Shown here piece after piece: positions 13,385 through 24,995 of a stretch of 64,000 bases of DNA (its first letter is position 1; each line of letters begins with the position of its first letter). Source of the stretch: Piromyces finnis finn (taxonomy: Eukaryota > Fungi > Neocallimastigomycota); the NCBI GenBank assembly GCA_002104945.1, contig MCFH01000033.1:248001-312000 (forward strand), in the 5' to 3' direction. The position numbers and the translations under genes were made by a program. The notes under the pieces were generated by a model. That model searched no databases and was not told the DNA's origin. It saw only the letters and a list, made by a program, of their open reading frames with translations.

Positions 13385-16300
13385 TTATGCAACCTTTTCT
13401 TTCTTTTTAATGAAGAAACGTTTATATATAAAGTAACTAATAAAAAGTAATATTACAATTAAAATAATTGTTCCAAATACTAATAAAAGTTGCATATATG
13501 TTTTCATTGAGGCACCATAAACATATAGAGCAAATTTTGCTTTAAGTGTACAGTAACTTTATTGCATTATTCAAATTATTAATATAATTATTATTTATAA
13601 CGTTATTAAGAGTTTAAAAATACAATTTAAATAAATTTTAAAAATTTAAAATTTTTAAATGGAAACTTTTAAATTTACCTAAATTCAGGATCTACAACTG
13701 TTGCAGTAAACATTAAATACATATTATTTTGACCTCTCCAATTAATACCATTATTATTATTTAGTGATATAATTTGATATTCATCATTTTTATTAAATTC
13801 GCTTTTATCCTTTTCACAAGACACATAATTCTATAATATAGAATATTCACTATTTTAGTATTATAATTGTTAATCATTTTTTATAATATTTATAAAAATT
13901 ACTTGTGGTGTCCAAACATTAGTGATATCTTTTAATGGGTATTTTAAAATCATTTCCGACCATGTTTGTGCTTTAGATGTGCAGTTTGTCTATATATATT
14001 TATATATATTAACATTAATTTAAATATTATAGATTTTAAAATGAAATGTTTTCTTTTTTACATACATCTTTTAGTTTTTTAGAATATGAGTATGCAATAC
14101 TTCCTTTATCTTCAATTAAAATATACTCAGTATCTACTTCTTTTATAAAAGTGTCACCGTCATACAATGAAAAAGTTGGAATAAATTCACTTGAGTAATA
14201 TACTGGAATTGGAGGTCCATAAATACTGCAATCAAAAAATTCATGCTATTATTAAATGGAATAATTTTCAATTTATTAATTACTTCATTATAATAAATTC
14301 TCAAAATATTATTTTTATCATAAGTTTCTTTACTATCGAATACTTACTTTATCTTTTTTACCAATTTCATTTTTTTGCCAATCTTTCCAATATTTCTTGA
14401 AATATTTAAAGCTAGAAGGATATTCAGTATTATCACAATTCAAACCTATATGATTTTCTGGAACATTAAAACGAATATGTCTGTTTGGTGGACATTTCAA
14501 ATAAATCGTACTACTCTATTTTTTTATTTAAAATAAAATAGTATTAATATATTAGAATCACAATATTTTTTTTAAAAAAAAGGGAGAGAGAAGTAAAAAA
14601 AAGTATAATTACCTTTGGAGCTATTTCACATTCAATTTGATTATTATGAGGTGCTACAACAACATTTGATATTCCATTTTTAGTTTTGTATTTATTTGTT
14701 ATTTGGACATTTCTATTTAATGTTTTTATTGAATTGCTTGAGTACTTATCAACATTTTTAATTTCTTCATCAGTATAAGTAATATTTAACAAATCAATAT
14801 TGGAATAGGTAAACTTTTTTATTTATTAATAAAATATTTTTAATTTATTGGGTTAATTATATATAGAAGATAATTACTGATATGCCATTTAAATATCCTG
14901 ATTTTACTGTCACAGATGAATTAAAACTAAGTGATTCACCTAAATGATTAATTAATAATCAATTTATTATATTTGTTATAATAGCTTATTTAAAATATTA
15001 TATTGGAATAAATTAAAATACCAATATCAATAAAATATTCTGATTTTATGTCACTACTAAATTCATAAATTGGACATTCGCTTATAATGTTATCTTTTGC
15101 TTCTTTGTTAGAATTTTCATATCTATAATATGAAAATTAAGATATTAGTTTTGATAATATTTTTATATTTTTGCAATTTTTGGATTTCTAATGGGAAAAT
15201 GTAAATACCTTTTTATCGAAAGTTCATTATGAATAGGTATCCTTCTTTTTATTAAATATGGATCATCCTTAGATGATGTAATAACAAATAAATTACCAAA
15301 TTCATCAAATTTTATTGTTGATGATGTATCTTGTATTTTAATTGATCATATATCATATATATAATATTAATATAATTTAATAAACAAGATAATCATTGTA
15401 ATATTTGCTTGATAATATTAGTTACCATCTTCTGAGATTCCTGATGTAATTTCATATAATTCTGGTATAACTGAACTTCCATAAAATATTCTAATTTATG
15501 TTGATAGCAATTATAAAATATATAATTAATGTATGCTAAATAAACAGAAATTTAAATACCTATATTTTTTCTTTCTTTCTCTCTTTTTTTTTTCTTTTTT
15601 TTTATCAATTAAATATTTATTATTTTTTGAATGGGTAGTAATAAAATTATTGATTTAATTACCTATTAGCCGAAGTTTGAACTGCAATATTTCCAAATTT
15701 TGAAGTGATTAAATTTTTTATCTTTTCATTTTTAATTGAAGATGCTAATTCATCATCAATATTAATTAATGACATTTCATATACATATTCACCTGAATTT
15801 GGACTTTAAATATCACATTAATAAATCTTTTTTTTTTTTAAAAAATATTTTATAATCAAGATTTTTTTTTTTTTAGTTATTACCTGTAAAAAAGATTCAT
15901 TTTTCCATAGATAAATAATTCATTTGTTCCGAGATCAGATATAACTAATTTTTCAAGTGAATTGATATAATACATCTATATTATTACATTATATATATAT
16001 TTAAATATTTAGATTAATTTAACTTTTCTCTTATCATTATTTAAAATGCTAATTAAAATAGTATTTACATTCCCATCCTTTTGAGATAATCCTTTCTCGA
16101 AATTAAAACCTTCTCTTATTTTATCTTTTTCAGGATCATAAATAAGAATAATGTTGGCATCATTATTATTTTTTATTAAAAGAATGAATGATGTATTCAA
16201 CGGGTGAATTACAATATCAATAATAGAACCATAATGCTTTACATATGTTAGATTTAATGATTCAAATTTATCTGTTGTAAAATAGAAGCGATCATCTTTA

Positions 16301-17720
16301 TATAAGAATGCAACAAAATAATTATTATAATTATCAATCTTGTTATTCTCTCTTGTGATTTTTATATAATTAATATCGGGGGTGCAGAATGAGGTTGTTT
16401 TCAAATTAGTGATTTTTTGATCAACAGGAAATATGTTAATAAGTTCTAAGGTTGACATATTGTTATATTTATATAATTTATTTGAAGATGTCAATATTAA
16501 TATATTTTCTGTATCAACGAGTATAATATCAATAATTGTATCATTATCGTCTATTTGTTTAATAAATTTTGTTTTTATCGTTTTAAAATTATCATTAGAA
16601 TATACAAAGCTCCTTACGCCATAATCTTTATCAGACTTTGCAATAAAAAAATTCTTATAACAAGGATTTTGATAAATACTCAATGTACTATTTGATATAG
16701 TTTTATCATTTCCTAAATCTTCATTTTGATTTTTCAGAAATTTGTTAACAACTGATAATGATAAGTTTGTCTTTTCAATGGTACAATTAAATAAATGAAT
16801 GTTATTATTTTCAATTTCAAATGTTATTAAACCAGCACGATGTGCTAATAACCTTACAGTCCAATACCTTATTTTAAGTAAAAATATTTTAATTTATACT
16901 ATATTAATATAATAGTAATAAAATATAAAAATAAAAAATTATAGAGTTTTTATAGATATATATATATAAATTTAAACTAAATATCATAATTCTATTATTT
17001 TATAAATTACCCATCACTTTTTGAAAATGAAACATCAATAATATCAAAAAAATCTTCCTCATCATGGAATTTTATATTTGGGGATAATCCATTCATATAA
17101 AGACCAACAGTTATATCTTTTTCAAACTTTATACATATTGTATTGTTAATAATAAATCAATTTTAATCTTTATTATATAAATTTATATTCATTAATATAT
17201 ATTTTTAAGAATAATATAAATACATTAGATGGCACAATATTATCGATTTCTTCAACTTGTCCAGATACTACCCATAGTTTTGCTATAAATTCTTCTCCTG
17301 GGGTTATTAAATTTTTTTGTGTTATTATACCTTCTGAATATAATGTTATAAAATTCCATCTATAACAATGATTTCTTTTTTCAATATTCACATTAAAATT
17401 ACTTGTTGTATTACTATTATTTATAATAAATTTGTGAATTCCAGTATTGCTACATTGAATAGACCATAAATTATTATTTTTTTTGTTTATTGCACAGGAA
17501 TTATTATCATTATCATCATTTTTAATATTAATTAAGTCCTTTGAATAAAAATCAAACTAAAGATAAAGAAAAAAGAAATAAAATTAAATATTTTATTTTT
17601 TGTTGTATAAAAAATATTACTATTATTATTAATGCATTTTTTATTTCACACCTTTTCATTAGTATAAAACCTATTTTCATAATTTAATGATTTATAATAA
17701 TATCGTATATTTTTCATCAT
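13385..17720 (-). CDS. CATSPERE: CatSper auxiliary subunit epsilon-like (CATSPERE/CATSPERD family) single-pass membrane protein, about 12-13 exons; 5' end uncertain
   Basis: Manual splicing with phase-consistent GT-AG introns gives, in the order seen in mammalian CatSper-epsilon/delta: IRYYYKSLNY; SCAINKK..IQCSNTGIH; HCYRWNF; GYWTVRLL..IENNNIHLFNCTI; ELFIYGKMNLFYSPNSG; RIFYG; KFDEFGNL; ECPIYEF..YFIDIGE; LKCPPNRHIRF; YGPPIPVYYSSEFIPTFSLYDGDTFIKEVDTEYILIEDKGSIAYSY; CTSKAQTWSEMI..NVWTPQNYVSC; YQIISLNNNNGINW; FTATVVDPEFSYCTLKAKFALYVYGA; one TM helix; SYFIYKRFFIKKKEKVA*. Confidence 0.85.
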
Positions 17721-19117
17721 TTTCGTTAATTATATGAAGCAATAATCTGTAACTAAAATTTTTAATATTTATATTATTAATATTTAATTAAATTTTTAAT
17801 TAAAAAAAAGAGAAAAAAAAAAAAGTAATTAAAATTTATTAATTTAATTTTATTTTATTATTATTAAAAAAAATATAATTGAATTTTTTATAGATAGTTG
17901 AATGTAAGTTAGATTAAATTATAAATAATAAGTAAATATTTCAAAATTATGTTTTTATTTTAGTCATATCTCTTTTTAGGTATTAATCGTATTACTATAA
18001 AACTTCCTCGCAATGGTTTTCCCAAAACATTTGTTAATCCCATTTAAATAGTTCATAAATCCCCTTATTTTCCTTTTTTTTTTCTAAATTTGTTATAAAT
18101 GAATTGTCTTTTTTTTTTTATTAATTTAATATGTAATTCAAATACGGTTAATACATTTTTATTGTATATTTAATGTAATTGTTGTTGAATATAAATTATA
18201 GAAAAAGTTAGATAAATCTAATGTTATATATTATTTATGTAATACTTTATAAAGTAGACAAATTGAATATTGTATAAAAAAAATAAAAGAATATTTTATA
18301 ATATGATAAAAAATATCACCATATTAATATATATTTAATATATTATATAATTCTTTAGTATTTTTAAATATTTTTACTTTTATTCTATACAAAAAAAAAG
18401 ATATAATTAAAACGAATATAATTACATTTTAACTTTAGGGTTAGATTATTATTCATTTTGATTTGTGACACTTTAATTATATTTATTTTGGTATATATTT
18501 AATTAATTATAAATTTTAAATAATAAGTAGTTTAACATTTTGTGTAACCATTTATAATAAATTTATAATTAAAAGTATATTTTGATTTGAAGACATTTAT
18601 TCTTTTCTATAATTATAGCTTTTATTATTACTATATAGATTTATTTTATTTGCCTAATAAATATCTATTAATTATAAATATTGACCAAAATAAATGTTTA
18701 GTTATATTAAATTCTTATAATAAAAAGTTCTATTTGAAACAATATAATAAATTCTATATTAATTTAAATATAGCTTAATATTTTTATAATATTAAAAAAA
18801 TTAATATTGTAATTACTATATAATATAAATGCTATTATTTTCTTTTTTTTTTTTTTTTATTATAGAATTTTTTATTATAAGTAAAACTTTTTCATAAAGC
18901 AATATTAAATAATTTTGTATATAATTAGAGGTTAAGTGATTTTTTATAAACAGGTTATAAAAAAGAAAAAGTATATTTAAATAACCTATTTAAATAATAT
19001 TATTTGCTTTTGGTATTTGAGCCTATATAACGTATCAAAGTGGATAATATCTATTTATTTAAATTATTACCAAATTATCAATAATTTTAATTTGTTATAG
19101 TTTAGAATTTAATATAA

Positions 19118-19297
19118 ATGAAGCAAAACATTATTTTAATTTTCATGGTCGTTTCATTGAGCAATATAATAAATGCAGGCGTTATTAGAGATGCTCGTAT
19201 TTGTTATGATAAAGAAGGAAAAGAAATCCTTTGTAAAAAATTAATATCATCAAAGAAAGATTTTGGAATTAAGGGTTACTCCAAGAGACAATGGAAT

Positions 19298-19330
<33 letters not shown>

Positions 19331-20710
19331 CAAGGAAATTGGTGGAATTTTAACAATTTTAATGCTAAAAATGTTAATAATGATGTAAAGGAAAATAATC
19401 CTTTTTTTAATTTTGATAACAATAACTGGTGGAATAACTGGATGAATAAAAGTGGTGAAAATGAATGGTGGAAATTTGGTAATTGGTGGAATAATTTTAA
19501 CAATAAAGCAATCTCTAGTAGTAAGACAACTAAAAAAACAAATAAAACATCATATAAATTACATTCAACTACTAAAACCATTCCAATTACAACCAAGTCT
19601 ATACCAACTACAACTAATTTACCAACTACTTCAATTAGTAATATTGAAGCCAATCCATCAAGTGTTACAACCAAATCTGTACCAACTACATCAATTATTA
19701 GTACTAGTACTAAAAGTATTCCTTCAGAAATTTATACAAAAACAACCTATTTACCAACTACAACCACTACAACCACTACAACTACTACAACTACAACTAC
19801 AACCACAACCACAACCACTACATCTTCTACTACAACTACTGCTACAACAAATTCAACTAAATCAAATGTTAATACTACCAAATCTAAGTCAACATATTTA
19901 CCAACTACAACTGTTTTAACTACAACTACAACTACTTCAACTACAACAAATACTCCAACTTCTTTTTCTCTTCCAATTAAGAAATTTGCTATATCCAAAA
20001 TTAATAATTGTAGTTTAGAACAAGCTGAAGTGTTAAATAGTCTTATTGAAGATATCAAAACTTACCGTGCTTCAGCTGTTTATCTTCTTGAAAATCAGAA
20101 TGAAGATGAAATGTATAAAAAAGTTTTCTTAAAGTACTACAAAGATATTAACAATTATTCAAAGGTTAAAGAAACATTTAACAACATTAACAATATGTCT
20201 TCTGCCGAAGCTTATTGCGAAACTAATGCTGATGAAGCTTGTGCTGATGGTGCTATGGCTTGGACTTATTTAAATAGTAATGAATTCCATGTTTGCCCTG
20301 ACTTCTTTAAAGATGCAATGTTTGGTACTATTTCAAAACGTACTAGTGAAGCCGCTTCCATTGTTCTTCACGAGTTAACTCACTGCTATGGTACCGAAGA
20401 TTTTGCTTATGGTGAAAAAGACATTAGTAATTTAAATTCCTCAGAAGCTTTAAATAATGCTGATACTTTTCGTCTTTTTGCTATGAGTAGTATATACTAT
20501 CTTAATGAAAAATATAATGGTTTATCAAAGAGAGATGATGATGATTTCTTAAATGAAAATATTGATTTCCGTAGTGAACCATTCAAGGATAAAGTTATTA
20601 TTCGTCCAAATTTAAATAAAAGAAGTGATGATTTTTTAAGTGAAAGCATTGATTTTCGTAACGAGCCATTTAAGGATGTTGTTCGTGTTCGTCCAAATCC
20701 AAACCAATAA
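19118..20710 (+). CDS. Secreted M35 (deuterolysin/aspzincin, lysine-specific metalloendopeptidase-like) zinc peptidase, paralog 1
   Basis: Signal peptide MKQNIILIFMVVSLSNIINA, then a W/N-rich segment and a Thr-rich linker. The catalytic domain has AWTY, HVCPDFF, HELTHCYGTEDFAYG (HEXXH plus GTXD) and ALNNADTF. Intronless. Confidence 0.9.
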
Positions 20711-23700
20711 TAATATTTTTTATATATAAAATTATCATTTATTTTAAGAGTTACTATCGTCAATTCTTTAAAATTTTATAATTTAAATAAATTTCATACA
20801 AATAATGTTAAAAATAATCACTTATAATGATTATAATATGTAAATAGTTAATGTATTTATTAATTTAAGACAAAAACCATATAATAAAATAACATATAAA
20901 AACAATATTTTCTGTGTGTATATTTTAGTAAGTTTTTTATATTTTTATTTAATATTAATATTATATTTTTATTATGATAAATTAAATAATAGTTATATAC
21001 CACAAAAAATATGTATATATAGCTAAAAATATCAAAAATAAGTTAAAAATTCTAGAACTTGTTCAATCTAATAGATATAAAAAATAGACTATGGAATTAT
21101 TCAATAGATGAATTAATATTTATCCTAGATTTTCTGATTAAAAATATCAAAAATAAATTTATTTTTAATATATTATTAATAAATATTTATACTTTACATA
21201 TATAAGTTAATAAAAATATAGAAATAAAATTGAACAAAATAGAACTATTCAATGTATGCACTACTCAATCTAAAGTTGTTATTATTATTCGTATTATTGT
21301 TATTAACATTGTTGATATGATTGACTAGTAGTAGAATATATTCTAAAAAATTTATAATTTGGAAAATATTTTGTGGAAAAATCAAGGACAAGGATAATAT
21401 ATCACTTTTAAAGATAGATAGTATTAACTGAATGACTTTAGTATTTAACTTATATCCATCTTATATTATTAAAACCTAGTAAAAATTATACAAATATTTT
21501 AAATAGTTTATGATATAATTCCAGAGAGATTTTTTATGATTCTTTAAATGCTTTATTTTTTGAAAAGAGGAGTAAATTCATAATTAAATAATTACTTAAT
21601 CTTTATCTTCATTACAATAGATATTAATAAATACTTCATAAAGCTATTTTTATTTGTTAAATAAAAGTAAAATGAGTACTATATAGTAATACTTTATAAT
21701 AACTAAAAAAGAGAAATAATATATTTTCATAAACCGGATTATTACTATTATTATTAATAATTAATAATAACAATAATTAGGAAGAAAAATGAATGGAAAA
21801 TTGTTACGCATTATAATTTAAAATTGTTTTTTCAATAATTAATACTTGATTAATTAAAAAAAAAGTTTAAATGAAAGTATTATAATTTTTATATTAAAAT
21901 TATCATAAGTATGTTAAAAAATAAAAGCATTTTAATTTTAAAAAATATTAAAAAATGAAAATGTCGAGATAGAAACATTATTTTTCATATTAAAAATGAA
22001 AAAAGAAAGTGTTAATCCTATTCTATTTTTCCAATAGTTCTAGTCCTACTGTTTTTTTTTTTTTATTATTTAATACTATTATAACTTATTTAATATTATT
22101 ATTCAAAAAAAGTAATTAATGAAAGAAGTTCCGATCTTCGTTAATTCATATTTTAACGGTTATCATTATTATTCTTAATTAAAAGTTATAATTTTTTGTC
22201 ATATAAGGATCTTAATATTTTCATTTAAAATTATAAATTTTTTAGGGTAAAAAAAAAAAAATTATACAATGATTTATGCAAATAGAGTTATAAAATAATT
22301 TTTAAAATATACATATGCATATATACATAAATATACTTAAAGTATCCTTTTTTACAGGATTTCTTATAATTTTATAATTTTATTATGCTTTCTGTGTCCT
22401 GTGTTGTATGATATTATATTTTAAAGATTGATGCAAAGATGTTAAAAATTTCTATTCATATATTCACGTGTGTGCACATGCCATTAATTCAATACAGATT
22501 AAAAATCTAAAGGAGTTTAATATATATGATAAATTAAAAATGTCTAATTAATTTATTTGTATTATGTATAACGGCAGGTTTCATATGAAAAAAAAATAAT
22601 AATTTAAAAAAAGGAAATTACATATAAATAGAAAAAAGGAATTTATTAAAAATTTTTATATTAATGATTAAAATTTTATTTACTTTATTCTTTTTTCCAT
22701 AGTAATTATTGTTATATTTTAAAAAATATATTTTCTTTAAATTAAGAAATATATTAAAGGCCATAGTTTACATGAATATCCTTTTCTAAATAAAATAATA
22801 AACTTTGCATTCTCTGAAATAGCTATAGTAAAATATATTTAAAAACAATTTATTATATATACCTTTTTATATAAATGAGAATGTATATTTCTATTTTATT
22901 ATTAAATGGAATACAAAATATCATGAAAAAACATCAATCTTTAATAATTAAATCTCTTATTATTTTAATATTTAAATATTAAATAGCGGCAATTTTAATA
23001 AGTTTATATATCGTTTATGTTACACAAACATGAATTACGGAAAATTTTCTTTAATACTTTAATAAATATTATATAATAAAAATAATGTTTATTGCCTTTT
23101 TAATGTAAAAGTAATTAGTTATTCCATATTAATGTAATTTCCATATATTACTCATAAAAATAAATAATAATATTAATAATTAATAATATAAAAAATTATA
23201 TATTAAAATATATATATATTATATACATTATATTAATATATATTTATTCTTATATTTTATTTTAATTAATTTTTTAGTGATTATTTTTCTATTAAATTAA
23301 TAACAAACCAATAATATTTTAATTGAATGAATACAAAATAATTTATTATATGATTATATAATTATAATTTATATTGAAATATTCTTTTAATATTCGAGAA
23401 ATATTAAAAATATATTTATTAATATATATATTTTATTGTTACTTATTCGACATGCCGTAATAATATATAAATAAAAAAAAAAAACCTCTCTAAATTTTTT
23501 TAAAAAGCTTTTTAATCTATAATTTTTAAATATATTGTAAATAAACTTAAAAAAAAAATATTGTAGAATATTATTTATAAATCAATTGACATTGTATAAT
23601 TAATAAAAGAATTTTCAAATATACAGCATTTAAATCAAATTTGAAATTTCTTTTAATACTTTTAATATTATATTATTTATAATCAAAAAATTATTCTTTT

Positions 23701-23736
23701 TTTTTAAATTATTTATTATTTTTTTTTTTTTTAAAA

Positions 23737-24995
23737 ATGAAGTTCCAAAATTTATTTTCTGTCTATATTATCACATTTATCTTTTCCATTTATCCAATAG
23801 TTTCAGAACCAATTGTAAGCATATAACTTAATTTTTTTAAATAAAAAAGTAAATTATTAGATTATTAATTTATTTATATAAAATATTTAAAATAAAGTGT
23901 AAAGATAGTGAAGACAATGTCATTCCATGTCGAAAAGTAGTAGATAAACTTGAAGATTTGGCATTAGCTTCTTCTAAGACTAAAAAGAAAAGAGATTATT
24001 ATTCAGATTGGTTAAGTAATTGGTTTTGGAATCCATGGAATTGGTGGTACACTCCTATTTCTGGTGTTTCAGTAACAACTGTTCCAAAAGAAACTACAAA
24101 TAATGTTGGAAATAAAACTACTAAAACTATTCAAAGTAATAATAGACAAACTTCAAAGACCCTTCCAAAAACCGTTCCAAAAACTGTTCCAAAGACTGTT
24201 GCAAACTCAACAAAGAAGATTACAACTCAAAAAAGAATTACTACTACCCAAGCAAGAACTATAACTGCTCCAAAACCAACACCAATTCCAGTCTCAAATG
24301 GTAATGGAAATAATAATAACAATAATAACAATAATAACAATCTTGGTTTAGATAAGAAACCATTTACTATGACTAATTTCATAAACTGTTCAGCTGATCA
24401 ACAACAAAAAATCCAAAAAACAATTGATGATATTATTACCTATAGAGCCGCTGGTTTACGTGTTGCTCAGGATACATCAGATGAACAAAATAGACAAATC
24501 TTTTTAAAATTCTTTAAGAATGAAAACACTAGATCTCAAGTTGTTAAAGTTTTAACAAATGTAAATAACATGTCTACTGCTAAGGCCTATTGTGAAACTA
24601 ATAGTGATTCAGCATGTAGACAACAAGCTATTGCATGGACATATCTTAATAGTCGTGAATTCCATGTATGCCCAGCTTTCTTTACTCAAATTTTCCATGG
24701 TACCATTGATAAGCATACAAGTGAAGCTGCTTCTGTTATTCTTCATGAATTAACTCACTGTTATGGTACTGATGATTATGCTTATGGTGATGCTGGATGT
24801 AATAGATTAGATGCTGGCAGAGCTTCAAATAATGCTGATTCATTCCGTCTTTTCTGTATGAATTCTATTTATCACCTTAATGATAAGAAATCTGGTATTA
24901 TGAGATTTATTAATGATACTAATATTGATTTCCGTACTGAGCCATTCCAAGATAAAGTTATTATTCGTGCAGTTGATAGAAGAAATTCATATTAA
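23737..24995 (+). CDS. Secreted M35 zinc peptidase, paralog 2 (2 exons: 23737-23814, 23899-24995)
   Basis: The true start is upstream of the track ORF. MKFQNLFSVYIITFIFSIYPIVSEPI/GTAAGC splices in phase 0 to CKDSEDNVIPCRK. Catalytic motifs are HVCPAFF, HELTHCYGTDDYAYG and ASNNADSF, and the protein is colinear with paralog 1. Confidence 0.9.

Noticed and set aside
13385-17720. Initial reading as a Vps10/sortilin receptor (SNDNFKT and TTDKFES resemble Asp-box motifs)
   Set aside because: The Ig-like and stem motifs (CPPNRHI, AQTW, NYVSC, VVDPEFSYC) and the N-terminal CSxxGIH/CYRW match CatSper epsilon/delta, not Vps10.
19330-20763. Val-rich and Gln/Leu-rich ORFs overlapping M35 paralog 1
   Set aside because: Other-frame readings of the Thr-rich (ACN) linker.
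21020-21300. Short repeated words (aaaaatatcaaaaataa, agaact.ttcaat) between the M35 genes suggesting a MITE
   Set aside because: The matches are short and AT-rich, and no terminal inverted repeats or TSD could be defined.
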